57,284 bases of DNA from Candidatus Hadarchaeales archaeon (GTDB taxonomy: Archaea > Hadarchaeota > Hadarchaeia > Hadarchaeales > Hadarchaeaceae). The notes beneath the pieces are model-generated. The model had not been told where the DNA came from, searched no databases, and worked only from the letters and a program-made list of their open reading frames with translations. Below, piece by piece: positions 19,077-27,742 of this stretch. The translations under genes were made by a program, and so were the position numbers. The DNA lies in assembly GCA_038872135.1 (NCBI GenBank), contig JAVZGN010000005.1:1-57284 (forward strand). The letters run 5' to 3'. The number at the start of each line of letters is the position of its first letter. The stretch's first letter is position 1.

Positions 19077-20444
19077 TTGACGACAGACGTGCTGATAGTC
19101 GGTGCGGGGCCGGCCGGTCTCTTTGCGGCTCTTGAGCTGTCGAAAAACTCAGATCTCTCCATAGCAATTGTGGACTGGGGGCGGGAGATAGAGAAGAGGT
19201 TCTGCCCGGCGGTTGAGAAGGGGAAGTGTATAGGGTGCAAACCCTGCCACATCATGTGCGGGCTTGGGGGCGCAGGGGGAATGTCCAGCGGTATTCTAAA
19301 CCTCCGTCACGACATAGGCGGAGATTTGAGCAAACTGACGAAGAGCGTGAAGTCTGCAGAGGAGCTGGTGAAGGAGGTTGATGAGATTTTTCTGGCCCAT
19401 GGGACACCCAAAGAACTCTATGGGACAAGCTCTGAAGGAATTCAGGAGCTCACGAGGAAGGCTGCAGCTGCGGGGATAAAGTTCATTCCGATTCCCCAGA
19501 GGCACATAGGCAGCGAGCATCTTCCGGCTGTGATAAATTCTATGCGAGCAGAGTTGGAGAGGAGAGGAGTAAAATTCATTTTTAACACAAAAGTGGAAAA
19601 GTTGGGGAAGGGAGAAGTCGTTCTAAATGGTAAAACGGTCAAAGCTGAGTTCATCCTTCTCGCTCCCGGAAGGGTTGGGGCTGAATGGTTTGCGGAGCAG
19701 GCGAAAGCTGTCGGAATAGAAACAGCTCCGGGACCAATCGATGTTGGGGTCAGGGTGGAGGTCCCGGCCGTCATCTACGACCCAGTGGTGAGGATAAACC
19801 GGGATCCAAAGTTTCATATTTTGACCAAAACTTTCGACGATTTCGTCCGCACATTCTGCACAAATGCAAATGGCTTTGTCATGGAAGAACGCTATGATGA
19901 TCACGTTGGAGTGAATGGACAGTCGCTCCGCGGGAAGAAATCCCAGAATACCAATTTTGCGTTTCTCGTTCACATAGAGCTCACTCAGCCGGTCACCGAC
20001 ACCACGGCTTACGGTAAATCCATAGCATACCTTGCGACAACGATAGGCGGGGGGCGACCCCTTCTGCAGAGGCTTGGAGACTTGAGGGCGGGGAGAAGAT
20101 CAACGTGGGAGAGAATTGAAAAAGGGCATGTGGTTCCGACCCTCAGAAGTGTTACTCCAGGAGATATATCAATGGCCCTTCCAAGCAGGGTCGTGATAGA
20201 CATAATTGAGGGGCTGGAAAAGCTGGATGAGGTTGTTCCCGGGGTTGCCTCAGATTCTACTCTTCTCTACGCCCCGGAGGTGAAGTTCTACGCGATGAAG
20301 GCGAAAGTCGATGAAAACATGCAGACCACAGTTCCAAATATCTTCGTTGCGGGGGATGGCGCCGGTCTCTCCCGGGGGATAGTGACCGCAGCAGCCACGG
20401 GACTTCTTGCCGCTAGAGGAATTCTGAGAAAAGCGAAAAAATGA
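19077..20444 (+). CDS. NAD(P)/FAD-dependent oxidoreductase with Cys cluster (COG2509-like)
   Basis: GAGPAG, CP..CIGCKPCHIMCGLGGAG, GVRVE, RTFC, YAPEVKFY, AGDGAG. Confidence 0.85.
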   Translation: MTTDVLIVGAGPAGLFAALELSKNSDLSIAIVDWGREIEKRFCPAVEKGKCIGCKPCHIMCGLGGAGGMSSGILNLRHDIGGDLSKLTKSVKSAEELVKEVDEIFLAHGTPKELYGTSSEGIQELTRKAAAAGIKFIPIPQRHIGSEHLPAVINSMRAELERRGVKFIFNTKVEKLGKGEVVLNGKTVKAEFILLAPGRVGAEWFAEQAKAVGIETAPGPIDVGVRVEVPAVIYDPVVRINRDPKFHILTKTFDDFVRTFCTNANGFVMEERYDDHVGVNGQSLRGKKSQNTNFAFLVHIELTQPVTDTTAYGKSIAYLATTIGGGRPLLQRLGDLRAGRRSTWERIEKGHVVPTLRSVTPGDISMALPSRVVIDIIEGLEKLDEVVPGVASDSTLLYAPEVKFYAMKAKVDENMQTTVPNIFVAGDGAGLSRGIVTAAATGLLAARGILRKAKK

Positions 20445-20562
20445 TCGTCTGCGGAGCACCGATCGAGGAAAATTTTTCTCTTGGTTGCACCCAGCCGACA
20501 TTTGTCTCCCAGGTCAGAAGCTTTCCCACCATTGGCGAAGGTTGGCTTGAAACATAGAATGC

Positions 20563-20585
20563 AGCGCCAGGGAGGGAATTTGAGC
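20563..20585. repeat. Degenerate copy of the tRNA-Ser 3' end (att-like scar)
   Basis: agcgccagggagggaatttgagc matches 21258-21280 agcgccggggaggggatttgaac at 20/23. Confidence 0.65.
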
Positions 20586-20655
20586 ATCTTTTTACCAGCA
20601 AATCATCTTGGTTTTATGAACACAGCCAATCTCATCGTGTCTTAAATGCAGTGCC

Positions 20656-20979
20656 TCATTCCATCCCGATGCCCAGTCTCCTCAGCCTGCGCTTCGCGGC
20701 CTCGATTATCCAGGGTTGGTAAGCCTTCGACCGCTTTTCAATCCCCACCACGTACATAACTTCTCTTATGACACCAAAATGGATTCTCCATGAACCAACC
20801 CTCAAAACCATCAGGATTTCTTCTGGTCCCCCTGATGATGCTACTACCCGCACATCCCCCCTGCCAGTCTCGGCAAACCTGTTGACCGCTCCAACGATTC
20901 TCTTGAAATCTTCCCTGTTTCTGTGGAGGATCTTCAGCTCACGCTCGGCGGCTGGGTGAAGGACGACCCTCAAGCTCAT
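20656..20979 (-). CDS. RelE/ParE-superfamily toxin
   Basis: 107 aa, basic; VVLHPAAERELK, LRVGSWRIHF, VVGIEKRSKAY. Confidence 0.75.
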   Translation of the reverse strand: MSLRVVLHPAAERELKILHRNREDFKRIVGAVNRFAETGRGDVRVVASSGGPEEILMVLRVGSWRIHFGVIREVMYVVGIEKRSKAYQPWIIEAAKRRLRRLGIGME

Positions 20980-21166
20980 TGACTATCTCCTTGAGTGGCC
21001 TACCTTTTGGAAACTCTTTAAGCCGTTCGCACAGCTCTTGCACGTGGGCAAGATATCCTGCCACAACCTCTTGGATGATCTCATCGTATGACATTCCCTT
21101 CTCGCCAAGCTCACGCAAGGTTTCTTTTGTTTCTGGGCTTACTTTTATCGTAGTGGTGGCAGACAT
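20939..21166 (-). CDS. Putative RHH-type antitoxin
   Basis: TTTIKVSPETKETL..SYDEII pattern; directly upstream of and overlapping the toxin. Confidence 0.72.
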   Translation of the reverse strand: MSATTTIKVSPETKETLRELGEKGMSYDEIIQEVVAGYLAHVQELCERLKEFPKGRPLKEIVNELEGRPSPSRRA

Positions 21167-21259
21167 CAATTAAGTATCCCAAGTATACTTTTTATACTTT
21201 TGGGGGGGTCGGTTGGTGAGAGATGGTCAAAGCGATCAAACCAAGCAATTCGGAAATAG

Positions 21260-21345
21260 CGCCGGGGAGGGGATTTGAACCCCTGATCTCCGTGAGGAGA
21301 ACCAGATCTCGAGTCTGGCGCGTTACCTGGCTTCGCTACCCCGGC
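21260..21345 (-). tRNA. tRNA-Ser(CGA), CCA not encoded
   Basis: Acceptor GCCGGGG/CCCCGGC, anticodon arm CCAGA-CT-CGA-GA-TCTGG, long variable arm, GGTTCAAATCC, discriminator G. Confidence 0.95.
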
Positions 21346-21556
21346 CAAATTAGAATATGTTTTGCGTCTTTAATGATGTTTGCTTCAGGCATGTGGTACC
21401 GCCGTTGAGATGTAGACTGTTGGTTACATCTTTCGTTTCCGTCGGCTTCGGTGTGCGCAGAAATCATTTACTTCAGAAAAAATCATCCAAGTGTCTTGAG
21501 GGGACCCGTTGAAAGGGTAAATTTCGTGGAAGGCATTGCAATTATTCTAGCGATTG

Positions 21557-21952
21557 CTATTGTTCTGGTGCAACATTGAAATCCGGCCTGTAGGGCTTCA
21601 CTATTTTCACGAGTTTTCTCAGGGCTTCTTTAAAGGGCCCCTCGTAGAGAGTCTCCGAATGCACTATGAATGGGAGATAAAATATCCCGCGCCTGTTCTT
21701 GACCTCTACCGTCCCATGGAAGACCCTCGTTATCTTGTAGGTCCCCTTTTTCGTCTTGCGAAAGACGATCATGAAGGGCGCCCCAAATTTAAAACTCAGA
21801 GGTATGAATGGATTGGGGATATCGCTCTCGGAAAGGAACACCGTGGTGCTCCTTTTGTTTTTCTTTCTGCCAGAGCTGGACCTCTCGAGCGGGAGATTTC
21901 TTTTGGATTTGCTCATTTTTTCCGGCTCCATTCCACGTATCTCCTCAGCCAC
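21557..21952 (-). CDS. Hypothetical basic protein, likely co-transcribed with the helicase-like gene
   Basis: 131-aa ORF overlapping the 3' end of 21913-24291 on the same strand; no recognised motif. Confidence 0.5.
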   Translation of the reverse strand: MAEEIRGMEPEKMSKSKRNLPLERSSSGRKKNKRSTTVFLSESDIPNPFIPLSFKFGAPFMIVFRKTKKGTYKITRVFHGTVEVKNRRGIFYLPFIVHSETLYEGPFKEALRKLVKIVKPYRPDFNVAPEQ

Positions 21953-24291
21953 TCTTTATCCTTGCGTTTTTCCCATACTTCTTCTTGAATCTCCTTAACC
22001 ATCTTCGCCGACAAACCGGTCTTTGCAGCAATGGCATCGACATCGCGGGTTTTCGGTGGTGTAAATGCGTCATAGATGTGGAAGATGGATTTGAAACCGG
22101 CCTTATACAGGCGCCTCGCCACAACCCGGTTCATGTTTTTAAGCTCAAGCAGATCCGACTCGAGCAGATCCTCCCGGACGCCATGCCTCAGCCTCCGCTC
22201 CAGCGTCTCGGCTTGGGCGGAAATCTCCTCCAATCCCATGTCCCTCGCTATTCTGAAGATAGCGTTCATCTTCTCTGCAGCGTCGTTTGCCAGAGTCACC
22301 ACATCTGCATCGTGGCGCACGAGTTTGCTCTTGGATGTAGAGATTATTGCGTCGAGCGGAGCTTCATCGATCCACTTCTTGAGCGCCCTTACGCATTCTG
22401 TAACCTCGCTCCTTCCAAGTGCCCAGCTGCACTCGAGAGCCAGTTTCAGCAGCTCCTGATCCACTCGCTGGCGACCTTTCAGCCTCTCAAGCCTTTTCCT
22501 GATCATTTCCTCCTGAGCCGACTCCAGTCCCAGCTCGGCCATCAGCTTCCCCCTCCCAGTAAGCAGAATCTTCCCATCCTGGAGGGAGAGAAGCCCCTTC
22601 TCTTCCATCTTCGCCAGTTTTTTCCTGACAGCCGAGTCGAGCGAGAGGGCCCCTCCAGAGCAAATGTGGGCCGCGGTCGCCTGCAGGATTTCAACCACAT
22701 GCTTCACCAGGGCTTCCTTCCCAACCAGCGGCTTTCGCTGTACAGCGAAGAGAACAGCCTTCTCCAGGGAGGTCTCGAGGCTTTCGCCAAGCGTTTGCGG
22801 GCGGACATCTTCCAGCCCACTCGTGAGCAGCTGCCTGGCCTTCTCCGGCTCTTCCGTCACCAGGTACACGTATATGGGAGATCCAGCGCCGCCAGCCCCT
22901 GCTTTTCCTATGTAGTCCTCATATGCAAACCTGGTGAGCGGCGATGCCCACCCATCCAGATAGAGAATGACTGCGGCGGAGGGAAGCCCAACCCCAAAGC
23001 GGGCGGATGGAGTCGCGGCCACAGCCTGCAGTTGTCCCCGCCGGATCTCAGCTTCAACAATCCTCTTGAACTCAGCCGGGATGCCCGCGTGGTACAACCC
23101 AACCCCATGCTCCAGGTACTTCACTAGGCGCTTCGTCAGCTCCGTTTCCTCAACAAAAGGCGGGGGCTCAATTTTTCTAGTTCTTCCAGGAGCACAGAGC
23201 AGCTCCGAAGTTTTTTCTGCTGTGTGCCGGTTGCCGAAGAGAAAAAGCACGGTGCCCAGCTTTTTGGCGTGGTCGAAGAGAACCTGGCGCCTTCTCAGTC
23301 TTCCGAGAGGTAGTTTCTCCTTCGGCTCCCCGGCGTGCTCCAGGATTATCGAGTTCCCCTCCTTGATCACCACATACTCCCGCCTCGGACGGGCGTGGCC
23401 TGTTGAGAACCTGAGTGCCGAAAGCCACTGGGCCAAGGAATCCTCGTTGCCCACGCGGGAAGAAAGTGCGACGATTTTTGCCCTGCTCTCTCTGCGGAGG
23501 AGTGTGAGAAAGATGTCTACTCCGGCTCCCCGGTATTCGTCCCCGATGAGGGCGATATCGTCGGCTACCACAAGGGTCCTCTGCTCGACCCACTTCTTCT
23601 GCGCGATGAAGGCCATGCGGGCTGTTTCATATGTGGCCAGAACTATGTGAGCCTGTCCCAGCTCGTTGTCTGGGGTGGGGGTGTCACCGTCGACCCGTCT
23701 CACCGCGTAGCCTAGGTGGGTTCCAAAGACCTCCTCGAAGAGCTCGTGCTTTTCCCGGTTCACGGTCTTATAGGGCGTCAGGTAGAGGACTCTTCCTCCC
23801 GCTTTTATTTCCCTAAAGGCATAGAATTCCGCCAGAAGGGTTTTCCCCTGGTCTGGGCTCGCGTAGATGCAGATGTTTTTCTCAGGTTTCATGAGATCGC
23901 GGTGGCTGAAGAACTCGAGCTGGGTTGGGGTGGGCTCCAGGTAGCCGTGGATCTCCATCAGGGTTTTTGCTTCCTCCGGAAGATTTGGGAGAGGCTCGGC
24001 CGGACCTTTGTGAAGGCACCAGCGCCCCTCGAAGGTCAGTTCGTATTTTTCCTCCCGCTTCCGTATGAGACCTTCCCGCTGGAGGGCCTTCAGGGCCTTG
24101 GCGAGTGTCCCGTGGCTCCCCCCAAAGGCCAGCTTCTCTTCAAGATCGCCCCAGGAGAGTGGTTTTGAAGTCAGCCCAGTTTCCGTGCGGGAGTGCTCAA
24201 GGACCTCCAGAATTTTCACCGCAAGTTCCCCGCTGGGAATTCTGGGCTGTGGCATCCACTTAAAGTTAGCCATCGGGGACTTAAAGGCCAT
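21913..24291 (-). CDS. wHTH-fused Ski2/Hel308-like SF2 helicase with degenerate catalytic motifs
   Basis: N-terminal wHTH (GTLAKALKALQREGLIRK..YELT); Q motif PTPTQ, Walker A ASPDQGKT, ATYE, motif II DDIA, YHAG, ATPSARFGVGLP, motif VI YIGKAGA, C-terminal HhH-like RVVARRLYKAGF. Confidence 0.85.
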   Translation of the reverse strand: MAFKSPMANFKWMPQPRIPSGELAVKILEVLEHSRTETGLTSKPLSWGDLEEKLAFGGSHGTLAKALKALQREGLIRKREEKYELTFEGRWCLHKGPAEPLPNLPEEAKTLMEIHGYLEPTPTQLEFFSHRDLMKPEKNICIYASPDQGKTLLAEFYAFREIKAGGRVLYLTPYKTVNREKHELFEEVFGTHLGYAVRRVDGDTPTPDNELGQAHIVLATYETARMAFIAQKKWVEQRTLVVADDIALIGDEYRGAGVDIFLTLLRRESRAKIVALSSRVGNEDSLAQWLSALRFSTGHARPRREYVVIKEGNSIILEHAGEPKEKLPLGRLRRRQVLFDHAKKLGTVLFLFGNRHTAEKTSELLCAPGRTRKIEPPPFVEETELTKRLVKYLEHGVGLYHAGIPAEFKRIVEAEIRRGQLQAVAATPSARFGVGLPSAAVILYLDGWASPLTRFAYEDYIGKAGAGGAGSPIYVYLVTEEPEKARQLLTSGLEDVRPQTLGESLETSLEKAVLFAVQRKPLVGKEALVKHVVEILQATAAHICSGGALSLDSAVRKKLAKMEEKGLLSLQDGKILLTGRGKLMAELGLESAQEEMIRKRLERLKGRQRVDQELLKLALECSWALGRSEVTECVRALKKWIDEAPLDAIISTSKSKLVRHDADVVTLANDAAEKMNAIFRIARDMGLEEISAQAETLERRLRHGVREDLLESDLLELKNMNRVVARRLYKAGFKSIFHIYDAFTPPKTRDVDAIAAKTGLSAKMVKEIQEEVWEKRKDKEWLRRYVEWSRKK

Positions 24292-24344
24292 TTAGTCGCC
24301 TTTGGCGACCACAAGCCCAATCAGCAAGCCCGCGCATTATTATA

Positions 24345-24569
24345 TTGGAGAATATGGTGAGAAGAGCATATCTCTGTGCAAGATGCAGGTACCGGGGAAT
24401 GAACGGAGTTTGCCCGGCGGCCCCGCAATTTCCCAACCATAGCAGCTGGGCAGGCTTCCTCGCTGACAGGATGAAATGCATCGAAGGGCAGCTGGATTGG
24501 ACGGAGGAGGACCGCGCGGAGGCCATCAGGGAACTCAGGGAAAACGCGCGGAGACACGAGAAAATCTAG
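24345..24569 (+). CDS. Small Cys-rich hypothetical protein
   Basis: 74 aa, CARC-x8-C...C; first ORF of the divergent + strand run. Confidence 0.5.
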   Translation: MENMVRRAYLCARCRYRGMNGVCPAAPQFPNHSSWAGFLADRMKCIEGQLDWTEEDRAEAIRELRENARRHEKI

Positions 24570-24576
24570 GCGGGCG

Positions 24577-24969
24577 GTGAGGAGAGTGGATGGGATGAGG
24601 GGAAAGTTGGGGAAGAACCACCCGATCGAGTGGGTCGCCCTGCGCATCCTTGAGTACCTGGTGGAAAAATCGCCGGGCTCTTTCAGCCTATATCATCTGA
24701 TGAAGCTGAGGGGGATGGGATGGCAGAGGCGGGACAGGGTGAGGTGGATAATGGGCAGGATGCTGGAGCTGGGGTGGGTGGAAGTCTCCGGCGGGCTCTA
24801 CCGGGTAACTTCCGCGGGCGTGAGGGCCTACCTTGAGATCGGGAGGGATGCGCAGGAGTTCATCAGGATCTTCAGGATGAGGGGCTACGCTCCAGCCCTT
24901 TTGCCCCTTGAGCCGGAAGCCTTCGAGATAGAGGGAGATGGACTCGATGGAGGGGGTGATGGGTCATGA
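24577..24969 (+). CDS. Winged helix-turn-helix protein
   Basis: RILEYL..SLYHLM..IMGRMLELGWVEV..YRVTSAG; stop overlaps the next ATG (ATGA). Confidence 0.7.
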   Translation: MRRVDGMRGKLGKNHPIEWVALRILEYLVEKSPGSFSLYHLMKLRGMGWQRRDRVRWIMGRMLELGWVEVSGGLYRVTSAGVRAYLEIGRDAQEFIRIFRMRGYAPALLPLEPEAFEIEGDGLDGGGDGS

Positions 24970-26162
24970 CAGAATACTCGCACTCGAGGCTCACGACATT
25001 TGAAAATTGCCCGATGGCCTACAAGCTGAAGTACATTGTGAGGCTGGAGCTGGAGGAGGGTTTTGAGACGGTCGAGGCATTCATGGGCAGCCGGGTCCAC
25101 GAGGCGCTCAGGCGTCTGTACGAGGATCTGATGCACGAGAAGTTATTGTCGCTTGAGGAGCTCTTAGAGTACTTCCGGAAGATTTGGGAGAAAAACTGGT
25201 CGGGCGATGTCAGGGTCATAAAAGAGGGGCTAACGCCGGAGCACTACAGGCTGACGGGGGAGAGGTGCATCAGCGACTACTACAGGCGGTATGCGCCGTT
25301 TGACCAGGGGAAAACCTTGGCGCTCGAGCATAAGGTGACGATAAACATAGGGGGTTACAAGCTCAAGGGTTTCATCGACAGGCTCGCGGCGTTCCCGGAC
25401 GGGCTCTACGAAATCCACGATTACAAGACCTCTAGGACGCTTCCCGCCCAGCCTCAGCTGGACGCCGACCGCCAGCTCGCGCTCTACCAGATCGGGATTC
25501 AGCAGCAGTGGGAGGATGTGAGGAGGGTGGACCTTGTGTGGCACTACCTGTTCCACGACAAGGAGCTGAGGTCTAAGAGGACGGAGGAACAGCTGGAGGA
25601 GCTGAAGCGGGAGGTGCTTTCTGTGATCCACCAGATAGAGCGGGCTGAGGAGCTTGACGACTTTCCACCGAGGAGGGACTACTGCCAGTGGTGCGAGTTT
25701 CAGGGGGTCTGCCCGGAGTGGAGTCATGAGCGCAGGGTTCTGGAGCTGCCGAGGAATGAGTTCATGAAGGAGCCGGGGGTGAGGCTTGTGGATCAGTATG
25801 CGGAGGTGAAGAGAAAGGCTGCTGAACTGGCAGAGCTGGAGAAGAAGCTGAGGGAGGCGATCGTGGCCTATGCCAAGAGGGAGGGGGTGACCTCCATCAG
25901 GGGGAGCAACTGCCGCCTTTACGTGAGAATCGAGAAGAGTGAGAAGTTTCCGGGCGCCCGCGAGGAGGGGAGGGAGGAGCTGGAGGAGGTGATCAAGGAG
26001 GCGGGGAGGTGGGAGGAGGTTTCAATGCTTGACGTCAGGGCTCTGGCGGGAGTGGTGAGGAGGGCGGAGTGGCCGGCAGAACTCCTGGAGAAGCTGAGGC
26101 CGTTTCAGCGGCTTGAGGAGTCGGTTCAGCTGAGGCTCGGGAAGCTGAAGGAGGAAGAGTGA
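24966..26162 (+). CDS. PD-(D/E)XK RecB/AddB/Cas4-like nuclease with 4-Cys cluster and C-terminal extension
   Basis: SHSRL..CP, GSRVH, E..GFIDRL..IHDYKT, QLALY, CQWCEFQGVC. Confidence 0.88.
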   Translation: MTEYSHSRLTTFENCPMAYKLKYIVRLELEEGFETVEAFMGSRVHEALRRLYEDLMHEKLLSLEELLEYFRKIWEKNWSGDVRVIKEGLTPEHYRLTGERCISDYYRRYAPFDQGKTLALEHKVTINIGGYKLKGFIDRLAAFPDGLYEIHDYKTSRTLPAQPQLDADRQLALYQIGIQQQWEDVRRVDLVWHYLFHDKELRSKRTEEQLEELKREVLSVIHQIERAEELDDFPPRRDYCQWCEFQGVCPEWSHERRVLELPRNEFMKEPGVRLVDQYAEVKRKAAELAELEKKLREAIVAYAKREGVTSIRGSNCRLYVRIEKSEKFPGAREEGREELEEVIKEAGRWEEVSMLDVRALAGVVRRAEWPAELLEKLRPFQRLEESVQLRLGKLKEEE

Positions 26163-26261
26163 TAAAATTGTTCACGCGTCAACTTTTTTCAGCCTCTGCT
26201 TATTACCCCTCGCAGAGAGTCGAGCGGGTGATTCCGAGGGCGAAATCAAGGAGGGTCGGAA

Positions 26262-27713
26262 ATGAGAGCGGGCGAGATCTATGTCTTAGATAATGATGAG
26301 GTCCTTCCGCAGGTGGAGAAGGTAGCGGACGAGGAGCTGGAGAAGAAGAGGAGGGAATATGTTTTTTGTCAGCCACCCAGGCTGAAGCCGGCTAGGATCG
26401 ATGACCTCAGGGGGATGTCCCACATAGTTGAGGAGATAAAAAAATTCATCGCTTTTCTGAGAGATTATCAGAAGTTCAAAAATTTGGGTGTGCGGATCCA
26501 GCCGGGAATTTTACTCTACGGGCCTCCCGGGACAGGGAAGACGCTCACAGCGAGGGTGATTGCCACGGAGTCCGGTGTGAAGCTCATAGATGCCGGAGGG
26601 TTCCCGAAGGGGGGGAGCAACTGGACGGCTGGCGACATACACTCGCTTTTCTCCCTTGCAAGGGAGCTCCACGCCCAGACGATGAAGCCGGTCATCATAT
26701 ACTTCGACGAGTTTGACACGGTTTGCCCGCGGGTGAGGAGATATATGTCGGAGGCTTCTGCAGCTCTCATGGCGGAACTGGATGGGATAGGTGGAAAGCC
26801 GGAAGGCATTTTTGTGGTTGCGGCGGCCAACTCCCTCGATGTCGATAGGGCGCTCCTGCGGGCCGGCAGACTTGGTTATCAGATTAACTACCATCCGCCC
26901 CCATGGACCGGCAAGCGGGACATCCTCCAGTATTATCTTGAAAAGAAGCCTCACGGGCCCATTGATGTGGAGGGCCTGGCGAAAATAATGCCTGAAGACA
27001 TGACTCCGGCGGAGATCGAGGAGCTCGTTGAGCAGGCGTACGTGGATGCTTCCTTGAGTTTGCCCGAGGCCAGGTTGACAGAAGCAGCCTTGATTACACA
27101 GCTTCTCACGAGCGTGCTGGGTCCAAAACACAGCGCATGGCCAAGCGAGAGTGAGCGCTATAGGGCATGCGTTCACGAGGCGGGGCATGTTATTGCTGGG
27201 GAGCTGCTCGGGTGTTCAGCTAAGCTAGTGGTCGTGTTGAAAAATGGATACGACAGAGGAGCGACACTTTTCGACTCCTCAGAGGAGAATTCACCGACCC
27301 CGACACAGATGGAGACCAAGCTGGCGGCCACCTTCGGCGGGGAAATTGCCGAGGAGCTGGTCTTCGGTGAGAGGAGCTTTGGAGGAGCCGAGGATGTGAA
27401 GGAGGCGACCGAGCTTTCAATAAAGCTTGTGGCGCGATGGGCCAAGAAGCAAAACTACTGGGAGGTGTACCCCGGGGGGAACGATATAGGGAGAAGTGTG
27501 CTTTCTCCGCTGAACGATGACGAAAGAGGGATCATCTATGCGGAAGCGCGGAGGTTGAGGGAGCGGTGCTACCGGCGGGCGGAGGAAATCCTGGCGGGAT
27601 TCGGGAAGGAGGGCGTCGAGCACCTGGCCAAGCTGATATTCGAGCGGGAGTTTCTGCTGGGGGAGGATGTGAGGCGGGCTGTGGCCGAGGCTGAGACAAG
27701 TGGTCGTGAATGA
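26262..27713 (+). CDS. Soluble FtsH-like AAA+ ATPase with M41 zinc protease domain
   Basis: GPPGTGKT, IYFDE, ALLRAGRL, HEAGH, GGEIAEE; no N-terminal TM helices visible. Confidence 0.88.
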   Translation: MRAGEIYVLDNDEVLPQVEKVADEELEKKRREYVFCQPPRLKPARIDDLRGMSHIVEEIKKFIAFLRDYQKFKNLGVRIQPGILLYGPPGTGKTLTARVIATESGVKLIDAGGFPKGGSNWTAGDIHSLFSLARELHAQTMKPVIIYFDEFDTVCPRVRRYMSEASAALMAELDGIGGKPEGIFVVAAANSLDVDRALLRAGRLGYQINYHPPPWTGKRDILQYYLEKKPHGPIDVEGLAKIMPEDMTPAEIEELVEQAYVDASLSLPEARLTEAALITQLLTSVLGPKHSAWPSESERYRACVHEAGHVIAGELLGCSAKLVVVLKNGYDRGATLFDSSEENSPTPTQMETKLAATFGGEIAEELVFGERSFGGAEDVKEATELSIKLVARWAKKQNYWEVYPGGNDIGRSVLSPLNDDERGIIYAEARRLRERCYRRAEEILAGFGKEGVEHLAKLIFEREFLLGEDVRRAVAEAETSGRE

Positions 27714-27742
27714 GGAAAGTCCTGGCAAGCGATGGCACGCGC

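Noticed and set aside
21166-21408. Short ORFs 21166-21348 and 21223-21408
   Set aside because: They are translations of the tRNA-Ser gene
21808-23127. 439-aa + strand ORF
   Set aside because: Antisense shadow of the helicase-like gene in GC-rich DNA, with no recognisable motifs
24966-26162. Calling the nuclease a CRISPR cas4
   Set aside because: No cas1/cas2 or array nearby, and it has a long extension typical of solo PD-(D/E)XK proteins
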